A stretch of 64,000 nucleotides of DNA. It comes from Antedon mediterranea (Eukaryota; Animalia; Echinodermata). Both the position numbers and the translations under genes were made by a program. The stretch lies in assembly GCF_964355755.1 (NCBI RefSeq), contig NC_092674.1, positions 16,926,001 to 16,990,000 on the forward strand. Reading direction: 5' to 3'. The notes beneath the pieces were generated by a model. It made no database searches. It was not told the DNA's origin and saw nothing but the letters and a program-made list of their open reading frames with translations. This document shows, one piece after another, positions 46,879 to 57,347 of the stretch (position 1 is its first letter; every line of letters starts with the position of its first letter).

Positions 46879-49800
46879 TCAGTAATTCGTTGAATTATAC
46901 AAACGTTTTATGAATCGTTTTGGCGATCCACTTATCGGTATCTGTTTATCATTAATGATCTCTTTAATTAATTTATCTGTATCGTTATATCTGTCAATAT
47001 TCCACCAAAATTTGCGATCATTAGATTCGTGTTTTGTTTTATCGGTGTTGCGTTTGGCTGAAGTCGGTTTAGAATACGAAACTAAAACTTGGAAATGTCC
47101 TGCTTTAAATCTACCTCGGTTTAATGTCATATTTGAATCATTAGGTGCTGTCATAATTAAATTAGTTTGTTCCTTAATTTGTTCCTCTTTCATTTGGAAT
47201 GGGGCTGCTAATCCCATGTTGTTCTCTACACAGTCAAAGTAAGGTTGTAAGTTAAGGGGTTCTACTTTAGTTGGATGTGTAAGGGTATCTGATTGCAATT
47301 GGGCTGGTGTCCTATCATGTTCGTCTACAAATTCAACATTGATTTCGTCATTTACTACATTAATGGTGTCTTGGATTTTATCGTTATTATCATCAGTTGG
47401 TTCATTCAACAATTGTTTAAGTTTTTGTAGATGTGTAACATTTTTGCGTTCTTTGGGTGTTCTCATAAAACAGGGTTTCAGTCTGTTATAATTGAATACG
47501 TCGCGAAGTATTTCTCCTTTAATCGTCGCTAGGATGTAGTGTGTTCTGTCTAGTACTTCATGAATTACTAATGGTCCGACCCATTCTGCGGCGATTTTCT
47601 TTGAATTTGCCGTTAGTGATGATGATGTTGGCTTGTATAAATATACGAGTTGTCCTACTGAGTAAATTGGACTTTTTTCTAAGCGTTGGGAAATTTTTGA
47701 GTTTTGGACGTTTTGTTGTGTTCGCTGTAATTGTAGCATTGTCTGTGAAATGTTTTGAAATTTCTTCTTGAGGTGTTCAAAGTATTCTTCATAGGAATGA
47801 GACAATCCTGAAATAGGGTTAAATGCTAATGAGGTCAAACTTGGAGGTTGGCGGCCAAAAACTAATTCGTAAGGGGAGTGGTTTCCTAAATGTGGGGATG
47901 AAAACGAGTTATAAGCATAACATGTTGTTGATACAAATCTAACCCAATCTGTTCCGAATTGGTTAAGGTTGACCTTTAACAGGTCCGATACGGTGCGGAT
48001 ATGACGTTCAACTTGTAAACTACCGTGATTGTGGACGCTGATGATTTTCCTATCAATATTAAGGGTGTTACATAATAGTGTTAATAATTTTCCTGTAAGG
48101 GAGGTTGCTGCATCTGAAATAAGATGAGATGGGGGTCCAAAAATACTGATGACCTTTTGAATTAGTGCTTCGCAAATTGTTTCGGCATCAATGGATTTCA
48201 AAGGTACACAAATCAAAAATCTAGTTATCTCATCACATACTACCATAATATGTTTAAAACCTGAAGGTGAAGTTGGCATACTCATAAAATCTAGACTGAG
48301 TGTATGAAAGGGACGGTAAGTTGCTGGTACTCGATCGTGTAAAGGACGTAATTTATCGGTTTTGGGACGAAATTGTTGACATCTAAGACACGCTTGGGTA
48401 TAATTGTTGACTTTCTCGAACATAAGGGGCATGTAAAATAATTTCCTAATAGTAAGGTAAGTACGCATCGTACCTTGGTGGCTACTTAACAAATTGTCGT
48501 GATACTGAGAAATAATAGTCTCGGCTAAGTTTTCAGGAACAGCTAATTGCAATACAAATTCTCCACCTTTATCTTGGAAAAATAAACGGAATAGTAAACC
48601 GTTGCACAATATGTACTGCTCTGACTTATTCTGAACTGCACGAGCTGCTTTCTTATCAGCTGGAAGGATATCATGAGCTAAATAATCGTAAACTGGCTTA
48701 AAAAATGGTGAAGTTTCTTGTTCAACACGTAATTGTTTAACATCTACTGGGAGGTTATAATCTCTAATTATCTTTCTTTGAATAACATCCATTAATCTAT
48801 CTAAGTCTTGTTGTTTTGGGATGTGTGCTGACTTAAATGCAGTTATGTTGGGTACTAGTGGTTTGGACGATGTATACAATTCAACTGGTACGTTTCGATG
48901 TGTAGTATCTTTGCTTTGCTTGTTTTTGTCTACTAGTCGTTCCTCTGGAGGTTGTCGAATGTTTACAATACGTATTGGGGGTGGTGTTACGATAGATGGC
49001 GTTATGATAGGCGGTGATCGATGTGCGTTTGTTTGTTGTCTCGTGATTATCTGTGGTGTAGTGGAAGGTTGAGGTGTAGGTCGCGTGTTTGTTGTCACTG
49101 GGTTTTGATTAATGACGGGCGTTTGTACTGGTTTGGGTTTATGTAGGTCAGGTATATTTATTCCCATTTTGTTGGCGTATGACCTTGTTACTGGTCTGCA
49201 AGTAGATGTGTTTGTAATCGGGTTAAGAGATTCAGTCTCTGTAATATTAAATGCAATGGGTACAACTTGATCAATTTCGGAATCGTCGTCACGAGGGGCT
49301 CGGGAGAGAAAATCTGCTAAAACTAATTCAGTTCCTTTCTTATAACCAATTTGGAAAATGTATCCGGACAATCGTAATATTAGTTTCTGTAAACGGGGTG
49401 TACCTGGCTGATCTTTTGAATTCCAAATTTGTACAATTGCTGAGTGGTCTACGAATGCATCAAATTCGCAACCCTTTAGTAAGTGTCGAAATGCTGAAAC
49501 GTTAATGTAAAGTCCAAATAACTCTAGTTCTGTGACGCTATATCGTTGACAGGCTTGTGGTAAGATTTTGGAATAATAACCTATTATGTGTTCTTTACCG
49601 TTTACTGTTTGTGTTAAATATGAACCTGTTGCGGTTCTTGAAGTGTCGCTATATAGCGTAAATCTACCTTCTTTTCTAGGCATTTGAAGAGTTGGTGGTT
49701 TAACCATTAATTGTTTAATTTCGTCAAATGCTTTCTGGTGTTCAGTAGACCAAACAAATTTTCGGCGTTTACTTGCGAGTGTATGTAACGGACGTAAAAT

Positions 49801-51492
49801 TGATTGTATTTGAGGGAAAAAATGGGATACATAATTTACTGCACCAATAAATCGTTTAGTTTCTTTATGGGTTCGTGGGACTGGCAAATTTCGGATAGTT
49901 GCACACCTGTCGCCTAATGGTGTGATACATGCGTGTCCTGAAGAATTAATCATGATGGTGTGTCCCATATATTGCACTTTATTCTTGAATAACTTACATT
50001 TCTTTGGACAAATTCTAAAACCATTTAATTGTAGGGCTTGTAAAACGGAAACAAGGTGCTGCTTATGAGCAAATTTGTCTTGGCTAAATAAAATAATATC
50101 ATCATGATGGGCGATACAGAATTCTCTAGTATTTGGGATTTCATTTAAAATTTCGTCAATCTTTGCTTGAAATATACCTGGCGAAACGTTTAATCCTTGT
50201 GCTAATCTCTTATAATAATAATGTTTTCCACCATGATATGAAGCTATACCTGTGTATTGTTGGGCATGTTCGGCTAATGGTACACAGTGGAACGCTGATT
50301 TCAAATCAATTACGCTAAGAATCTGTGCATTAGCGTTACCTATTGTTTTCAAAGTTTCGGCTAATAATGGGAATGGGTGATTAATACGTTTTATCCTGGA
50401 ATTTAGATAGCGAAAGTCTGTGACAACTCTTTTATCTTTTGAATTTTTCTTTGAAACAAGAAGGACAGGGGAAGTATACGATTGGTGTCCTACTGCTAAG
50501 ATTCCTAGTTTGACTAATTTGTTCAATTCGGCCTCAATAACATTTTTGTCTTTGTCTGTCGCGAAGTATGGTCGAATAAAAAATGGTTCATCGTTAGAGA
50601 GGTGTATGTCAGCTTTGAAGTTTGGGCAGCTAGATAGTTCACCATAAAGTGAAAATGCGTTTCTGTTTTGTTGTAAGGTTTTATACAAATCTTCTTTTTC
50701 TCTATGTGTTAAAACGCTGTCTGTTAAATCAACTTGTTTTCTAATTATTTCTTCCTCGGTTAAAGTTAGCAATGGGTCTGTACGTTCTAAATGTGGGTAC
50801 TTGTTTGCGTTGTCATTGGTCAACTTTATTCTATCTATTGGTAGGTCATTAGTAACTGTTACAAGGTTGGTTAAATGAAGGCTCGCGATAGGTTGATGTG
50901 TATTTAGAGATACGTTTCTGTTTGTGTTGTTAGTGATATCAATGTTGGTTTCTCCTCTATGTAATTTTACTAACATATCTGATGGACAAAGTTTTGAAAT
51001 ATGGGTGGTTGCATGTAGAACAACATCAGAATTGCGTACAAAGGCGGGAACCCTTCCTTTTAATTTAACTGTTTTAGTATCACCGGGTTTAAGAAAAATC
51101 TTGTGTACTGGACGAAGGCTAAAAATCTTTGGTCTAATGCGAAATGTGTTTTCCTTAAAATTTAAAGTACCGTCGAGTTCAGACAATGTTTCGGTTCCAA
51201 GTATCAGGTCAATACCTGTCAAAGTTTTAACGATTAATGCTGAAATTTTAAATTTGTGTCCTTGGATAAATAATTCGAATTGCACTAAGTGGTTGGCATA
51301 TAAGAAGTCACCGTTACCTAATCGAAATTTAGTTGTGTTCACTTTAACTGGCTTTAGACGCGATAAATAAAGTGAGGAATTAACGTACGATTGTGAGATT
51401 ATAGTTCTAGTTGAACCACTGTCAAATAAAGTTAAAACATTTCTACCATCTGGTAAATTTCCTTTAACGTAATTTCTGTCGTTAAGTAACAA
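46879..51492 (-). CDS. Gypsy 2 Pol (PR-RT-RNase H-linker-IN), uninterrupted; frame open up to about 51594
   Basis: LFDSGS; IDLKSAF; HHDD; SDTSRT; VLADFLSR; H..H..CLRC; LDFM/SDAA/ERHI. Confidence 0.95.
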   Translation of the reverse strand: MLLNDRNYVKGNLPDGRNVLTLFDSGSTRTIISQSYVNSSLYLSRLKPVKVNTTKFRLGNGDFLYANHLVQFELFIQGHKFKISALIVKTLTGIDLILGTETLSELDGTLNFKENTFRIRPKIFSLRPVHKIFLKPGDTKTVKLKGRVPAFVRNSDVVLHATTHISKLCPSDMLVKLHRGETNIDITNNTNRNVSLNTHQPIASLHLTNLVTVTNDLPIDRIKLTNDNANKYPHLERTDPLLTLTEEEIIRKQVDLTDSVLTHREKEDLYKTLQQNRNAFSLYGELSSCPNFKADIHLSNDEPFFIRPYFATDKDKNVIEAELNKLVKLGILAVGHQSYTSPVLLVSKKNSKDKRVVTDFRYLNSRIKRINHPFPLLAETLKTIGNANAQILSVIDLKSAFHCVPLAEHAQQYTGIASYHGGKHYYYKRLAQGLNVSPGIFQAKIDEILNEIPNTREFCIAHHDDIILFSQDKFAHKQHLVSVLQALQLNGFRICPKKCKLFKNKVQYMGHTIMINSSGHACITPLGDRCATIRNLPVPRTHKETKRFIGAVNYVSHFFPQIQSILRPLHTLASKRRKFVWSTEHQKAFDEIKQLMVKPPTLQMPRKEGRFTLYSDTSRTATGSYLTQTVNGKEHIIGYYSKILPQACQRYSVTELELFGLYINVSAFRHLLKGCEFDAFVDHSAIVQIWNSKDQPGTPRLQKLILRLSGYIFQIGYKKGTELVLADFLSRAPRDDDSEIDQVVPIAFNITETESLNPITNTSTCRPVTRSYANKMGINIPDLHKPKPVQTPVINQNPVTTNTRPTPQPSTTPQIITRQQTNAHRSPPIITPSIVTPPPIRIVNIRQPPEERLVDKNKQSKDTTHRNVPVELYTSSKPLVPNITAFKSAHIPKQQDLDRLMDVIQRKIIRDYNLPVDVKQLRVEQETSPFFKPVYDYLAHDILPADKKAARAVQNKSEQYILCNGLLFRLFFQDKGGEFVLQLAVPENLAETIISQYHDNLLSSHQGTMRTYLTIRKLFYMPLMFEKVNNYTQACLRCQQFRPKTDKLRPLHDRVPATYRPFHTLSLDFMSMPTSPSGFKHIMVVCDEITRFLICVPLKSIDAETICEALIQKVISIFGPPSHLISDAATSLTGKLLTLLCNTLNIDRKIISVHNHGSLQVERHIRTVSDLLKVNLNQFGTDWVRFVSTTCYAYNSFSSPHLGNHSPYELVFGRQPPSLTSLAFNPISGLSHSYEEYFEHLKKKFQNISQTMLQLQRTQQNVQNSKISQRLEKSPIYSVGQLVYLYKPTSSSLTANSKKIAAEWVGPLVIHEVLDRTHYILATIKGEILRDVFNYNRLKPCFMRTPKERKNVTHLQKLKQLLNEPTDDNNDKIQDTINVVNDEINVEFVDEHDRTPAQLQSDTLTHPTKVEPLNLQPYFDCVENNMGLAAPFQMKEEQIKEQTNLIMTAPNDSNMTLNRGRFKAGHFQVLVSYSKPTSAKRNTDKTKHESNDRKFWWNIDRYNDTDKLIKEIINDKQIPISGSPKRFIKRLYNSTNY

Positions 51493-51584
51493 ATCAATAT
51501 TATCTGAATTCCCTAAGTATTTTGCCTTAAAATTGTCGTATTTAGTATGGGGGGCCAGATTATAGGCGGCATCTAGTCCCCTTT

Positions 51585-52545
51585 TTAAAAATCCTGCTGG
51601 TGGCTAGGGTAGTAATTGTTTGACTGTTGGTATGGGTATGGCGGGGGATAGTTTCCGTAAGAGCGGTTTTGTTGTCGGCAGTGCCTTGCTATGTGGCCTG
51701 GTTTCCCGCAGTAATAACAGGTTGGGGGAGGTTGTCTATATCTTGGGGTCGGTGGGGTCTGGAATCGGGGTTTGTATGGGCTTGGGCTTCGGTTTCGTCT
51801 TGGGATATAATTTCGGGTGGGGGGAACGTGAGCGTCGAGTATCATCATTAAGGGATCGTTTTGTTGTGGCCATGTCTAACTTGAGAAAATTTATCTCATG
51901 TTGGAGCGATTCGAGACTATTATCTGTTTCCTTATTGATATTGAATGAAACTTCCCGTGTGGCATCATCTACGGAAAGATCAAGGTAGTTTTGTGTGCTA
52001 TTTACGATATTGTCAATAGTGGCATCGATTGGGGTGGACATGGCTACAGCTGCTCTACATTTTGGTGGAAGGGTCGAAATAAATTTATTCTTTATCTGCT
52101 GGTCAGCGTATCCAATTCTGTCTGCGGCTTGTTTGATTTTGGTTAAGTGCTTTTCGGCGGTGTCGCCAGTGGTGTATGTAATTGAATCGTATTCTCTTAT
52201 GTGCGCATATATTGATTTGTTTTTACTAAACCTGTTGATGAATTGGGTTTTTAAGGATTCTAGTGAATCGAACTGCTTTCCCTCAATCCAGAGTCTAGCT
52301 TGGCCCTGAAGGCTACGTTTGAAAATACTTATTACATTAATTAATTGGGCATTGTTTACAGGGTTTTCTAAAGTGTGGGCCTCAAGGTAGTCGGTAAACG
52401 ATAAGTAATGTGCACTACATTGGTCGTGATCGGTTATGGAACCGTCATATCTTTTGGGAAGGAAATCGGTTTGTCTTAGGTGGGGCACGGGGTGAGGATT
52501 GACGGGCTCATTTAAAATTACTTCGTTATCAACAATGTCGACCAT
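51585..52545 (-). CDS. Gypsy 2 Gag, with a 1-nt frameshift in the G run at 51819-51824
   Basis: ORF 51736..52545 (SLQGQARLWIE capsid-like) plus ORF 51585..51848 (CYYCGKPGHIARHC). Confidence 0.85.
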
Positions 52546-52937
52546 ACTTTATAATATTAATTATTAATCAAATATCAAAAACAATTTAGTGTATATATAT
52601 GTAAACTCTCACTTTTTCAATCAAGGTTACAAATCAAAAATCAAAATGGTTTTGACTTACCCCAAATGCTTCGGATCCAATTAAAAATGAATTAAAGGAA
52701 TGCAAAAAGTGTTCAAAATTGTTTAAATGTTCAAACAACGAATTAAAGAAAATGTTAAAGTGCTCATCAATGTTCAACTTTTCAAACAACGAATTCAAAA
52801 AAATGCGAAAGGTGTTCATCAATGTTAAAAAAAAGTAAATGTTAAAAAAAACGATCGAAGAAAAAAAAACGGCGTGAAGTTGAAAGTGTCCAAACGAAAC
52901 AGTTCTTGTCCGCTTGCTTCTGTTTTGATTCTGCTTG

Positions 52938-53141
52938 GGTCTTCCTCGATTATCTTCTTTGTCTTTATCCAATGGTTATAATTTGATAACATTTCTGCTT
53001 GTCTCGATCTCATTCAAATATAATTTCAGCTTGTCTTTTGTGTCTTCCTCGATTATCTTCTTTGTCTTCATCCAATGGTAATAATTTGATAAAATTTCTG
53101 CTTGTCTCGATCTCATTCAAATATAATTTCAGCTTGTCTTT
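52938..53141 (+). repeat. About 102-bp tandem duplication in the Gypsy 2 leader
   Basis: gtcttcctcgattatcttctttgtctt...tcaaatataatttcagcttgtctttt occurs twice. Confidence 0.85.
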
Positions 53142-54112
53142 TGAGTCAAAGTAAATTTCTGGTTTTCTCCTTTCAAACAAATATGGTTATTTTTGTCTTC
53201 GTCTTCGTCTTCGTGTCTTGTTAAGTGTTTATTTCTTGTTTTCTCACTCCGTTCCTTATGAAATTTGGGTCTTCCACCATGTAATATAATGTTGCGTTGT
53301 TGAGGTACTAATGAAGACTCTGACTCGCTTGACTGTCGTAACACATTGTTTATTCAGTATAATACTTCAGTACAATATACAACTATAAGTATAGATAAGG
53401 ACGGAGGATCATTGATGCTGTCGGTGAGGTGTGAAGTGTGTAGGTCTGCTTCTGAAGAAGTGGCTGTGAGGTGTGTGCTCCGTGAAGTGGCTGTAAGGTG
53501 TGTCTGGGCCCTTCTGAAACTTGGGAGTATATTGGCTCAGTTCATTTGCATAATGTCATTACATCATTTATGGAGCTAATGATTGGTCCTAAGTTGATCC
53601 AGGGGTGTTTAAGTGGGAATGATTGATCTTATCTGGGGAGGTTACAATGATGAATTGGCCCTGTCGAATCTCTGCTTAAAACTGTCAGTATCTAATTGTT
53701 TTACGATGGGAACGGTCGCAAAGTTAAGCTAAGTGTTTTCTTTAGGGACTCTATTATAAACTAAATGGTCATTAAAACATCTGGACAAACTCTCCTCTGG
53801 ACTTTCTGGGTCAAGTTCGTGAACCTATTTGAATTCCGATACAAAGGTCAATTTCTTCAATATAAAAGTATATCGTTATATTACACAATTGATAGACTAG
53901 TTAGTTGTACCAATAACTAATTAAGCAAATAAAATAATTTATTTGCTTATCTAACTTCAAATACATATAAACATATTTGTGTTTATCTCGATTTATGTAA
54001 ATCCAAAGGCAAATTACTGAAAAAATGACAATGCTGTGGGTATCAGTGGCTGGATCTCAATGGAGATACAAAAAAAAAAGCGAAAAGCTAAAAAGTAAAA
54101 CAGCCAGAAAAG

Positions 54113-54155
54113 TTAGCAGAGCTTTCGGGCAACACTAGCCCTTCATCAGTGCAAG
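54113..54155 (-). ncRNA. Minimal hammerhead ribozyme in the Penelope 3' terminal region
   Basis: gca-CTGATGA-a-GGGC-tagtgtt-GCCC-GAAA-gc-TC-tgc. Confidence 0.75.
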
Positions 54156-54999
54156 TGAAGGAATTTGGATAACGTCATAGTATAAGAGCTGGCAAGTGCT
54201 GCCTGGGTGGACAGGAATAAAAGAAATACAACAACAGAAGGCAGGGTGGAGGAGTAATAAGAGTAGAAAACAAAGAAGGTAGCTTGGTAGAGATATAAAC
54301 AATTTTGGAATGAAACTAAAAAACAGCTAAAATGGTGGTTATTAATATTGAAACTTAAATTTTGGTAGTCAATGGAATAATTTTTACCGATCTGGGAGTA
54401 TGTTCCTAAAGTCCAAAAAGTTTTGTGGTTTTACGTTGTAATTCCCAGTGGTTTTCTTTGTCTTTGCGAGTTTTGTCGCTCCATTTGACATCGTGGTCTA
54501 TTGCAATAACTCTGAAATTTGCAATCGAGTGACCAGCTGAATTAAAATGTTCGGCTACAGGTTGATCAAGCTTTAATGGTTTGATAGCTGATCTGTGTTG
54601 TGTCATTCTCATACGGAGAGTGTTTTTTGTATCTCCGACGTACTGTTTTCCACAAATATTACAGTATATGAGATAAATGACGTTTTTGGTTAGACAATTA
54701 ATTGATTGTCTTATCCGAAAAATGCGGCCAGTTTGGTTACTCTTAAATTTTTCAGTAGAATCAACCAATAAACAAGTTTTGCAAGATTTGCCGCAAAGGT
54801 GACTGCCCAAATTTTGGCTGTCATGAGAGTTAATTTCACTCTTAAATTTGGATCTGACTAATATATCACGAAGGTTGTGAGGTCTACGAAATGCAATAAT
54901 GAGTGGTTCCGGAAAAACAGTCCTGAGACGTTCTGTGGACTGTAGAATGGGCATATGTTTCTCAATAATAGCCCGTAATGAAGGCAACCTAGGGTGATA

Positions 55000-55327
55000 A
55001 TAATAATAATAATAATAATAATTTATATGGAGATTACACTTTTACAACTGTGGCACTCGACCAAATGGAAGGTGCATCCAAAAGAAATATACAAAAAAGA
55101 AACATGATATAGAAAATAACAATTACAATAAAAAGTCGACGTAGGTCAACAAGTCAAAACAATTCAACTACAGTAACTACAATACCATTGATAATTAACA
55201 CAACAGCAGCAGGAAACCCACTGACACCTAAAAATACAAAATTACAAGAAATAAACATATAGAATGGGTAGGAACTGTACAATATAAATGAATTGTGCAA
55301 CAACAATGTAGACCAACAAATAAACAA
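55000..55327 (-). mobile_element. Short retroposon 3' fragment with a (TTA)n tail, inserted in the Penelope ORF
   Basis: TGATA is duplicated at 54995-54999 and 55328-55332; removing the insert restores VTTYHP. Confidence 0.75.
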
Positions 55328-57347
55328 TGATAGGTTGTGACCAATGGCACTCTGGTCGAATTTTTTGGCTGACGTGGTTTGTACGTCAGTGTTTGACATC
55401 GAGGAATATCTTTTGCTTTCTTTATAGCAGTTTCGATGTATTCCTTCTTGTAATTTCTATTCCGGAGATGTCCGGTTAGTTCTTCGGTACGATTCTGAAA
55501 ATCTAAATCTGAAGAACAGATACGTCTGATACGTAATGCTTGACTGTACGGTATGTTTTTAGTACAGTGTCGGGGATGACAACTGCTAGGGAGCAGATAC
55601 ATATTTTTATCCGTGGGTTTATGGAATAGGTCAGTTTTTAGTGTACCATTTTCTATGGTCACTATAGTGTCCAAAAAATCAACGCTACTAGTGGATTTGG
55701 TAGCTGTAAATTTGATGGTTGGGTGGGCTGAATAAATATTGAGAAGAAAAGATTCCAAATTATCTTCACCATGGGTCCAGATCATGAAGTGTCGTTAATG
55801 TATCTAAACCAAACAAGTGGTTTATTAGTTGGAGGGACAGAACATTGGCCTCAAATTGTCCCATAAATAAATTTGCAAAAGATGGCGCCATTTTGTGCCC
55901 ATCGCTGTGCCATGAATTTGAAGGTAATGGTCATTTCCAAAAATGAAATTGTTGTTGGTTAAAATCAACATGACCAGTTCTCGTAAATGAGCTTTAGTAG
56001 GCGTTTTGCCTGGAATTTGTTTGTAATTTAAAATACAAGCGTCGGCTCCTTCTTCGTGAGGGATATTAGTATACAATGATGAAACATCTAATGTAGCCAG
56101 AACAGAATTATTAGGTACATTTTGAATTTGGTTAATTTTGCGCGCGGATAAAGTCCGTGGAGTCCTGAATGTGTGAAGGGAGTTCAGTCACATATGGTCT
56201 AAATAAATCATCCAAATATTCAGAAATTTTCTCTGTAGAAGTGCCATTGCCCGAAATAATGTGCCTGGTCTACCAGGATTGCCTGCTTTGTGGATTTTAG
56301 GTAGGAAATAAAATTTGCCTGGAACGGGATTGACCTGTGCCAAATGAGGTGGTCCAATCTTGGGATCGAGTGTTTTTTTACCATCACAGAAACAGATTTG
56401 GCCACCTTATCCGCAATTTCCGGGGTGGGATCCGTTGTAAGTTTACGATAATGAAGAGGATTGTTTAGCTGTCTTAAAGACTCCTCTTCATAAAATTTGA
56501 TGTCCATAGCAACAGTGGCAGAACCTTTATCAGCGGGTTTAATGATGATATCGTTACGCTGACGCAATTTGGCAATTGCCCGCCTTTCTTGTTTTGAGAG
56601 ATTGTCACGTTTATCTGGACTCGGGACGTAGTTTTGTACATCCTCCTCAATAGCCTGAATAAATGTTTCTAAAGCTGGACCGTAACGATTTTCAGGTGGA
56701 TTCCAGGAACTTTTTGGTTTAAATTTGTTAGCGTTGCCTTCGTTTTGCGTGGTGCTGCTGTCTGAATCAGCAAAATGTTCACGTAATCGTAATCTTCTGG
56801 AGAAAGACTCCATATCCAAATATAGTTGTTGTGCGCCGACCTACCTTGGTTTTGGGCAGAATTTAAGTCCTCGGGAAAGAAGTAATTTTTCTCTCCTTTG
56901 GAAAGTAGACAATTAATTTCAACAACTGAATCAGAGGTGTTGCTCCGATTCTTGTTATACGTCTGAACGAACCTTCTGCAGGGTTTCCTAAAAGCCCTGA
57001 AATCATCCGAAGGTAGAGTCACTTGTGTTGAAATGACCAAGTCTGCAGGTAGACCAAATTTGTGATGTCCCCTTCGGGCCATTACCGTTGATTGCTTACG
57101 GCAATCATTGGCGATAATCTTGAGTTTGTTTTGAAACTCGGATGCAGGAAGTTCTCTTTTCAACTTCTTAGTTCTAGAGTGAATTTCAACGTCAAACTCA
57201 GTGAGGATTTTGCGGCAATTGCCAATTTGGATCTCATTGAGTTCACAAGCATTTTTGTAAAGGACAGCGTTCCAACGAGAACGCATGCCATCATCTGCAA
57301 ATCGAATACCAGATGTGACATAACATTGAAGTCCTTTAGGGGCCGAA

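Larger units (their letters stand above)
45359..53885 (-). mobile_element. Gypsy 2: full-length, young LTR retrotransposon
   Basis: 606-bp TG..CA LTRs at 45359-45964 and 53280-53885 (2 mismatches seen); TSD CAAT; PBS-like TGGTGGAAG next to 53279; PPT next to 45965. Confidence 0.95.
28520..54079 (+). mobile_element. Decayed LINE (APE-RT-CCHC; clade uncertain, possibly RTE-X) split by four large insertions
   Basis: APE start KIAYNNIRG (about 28535); NNKSPGNDNISNELIK (ORF 30400); QWGFRRDRR|CEE across the Polinton; FLDFRKAFDTVW (about 38475); CALC...HFMLEC (ORF 39607). The 3' end resumes at about 53890 and ends in poly(A) at about 54070-54079. Confidence 0.8.
54080..57347 (-). mobile_element. 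Penelope-like element (RT + GIY-YIG), frameshifted, 5' end cut by an LTR
   Basis: IIIKPADKG, YTNIPHEEG, YLQIHGTAMGT, DLFHKPTD, SSCHP.H.TKNIPYSQ.LR; endonuclease NVIYLIYC.IC.KQYVG.T. Confidence 0.93.

Noticed and set aside
46910-52309. Plus-strand ORFs overlapping Gypsy 2 gag/pol
   Set aside because: They are antisense shadows of long coding frames, with no independent coding signal.
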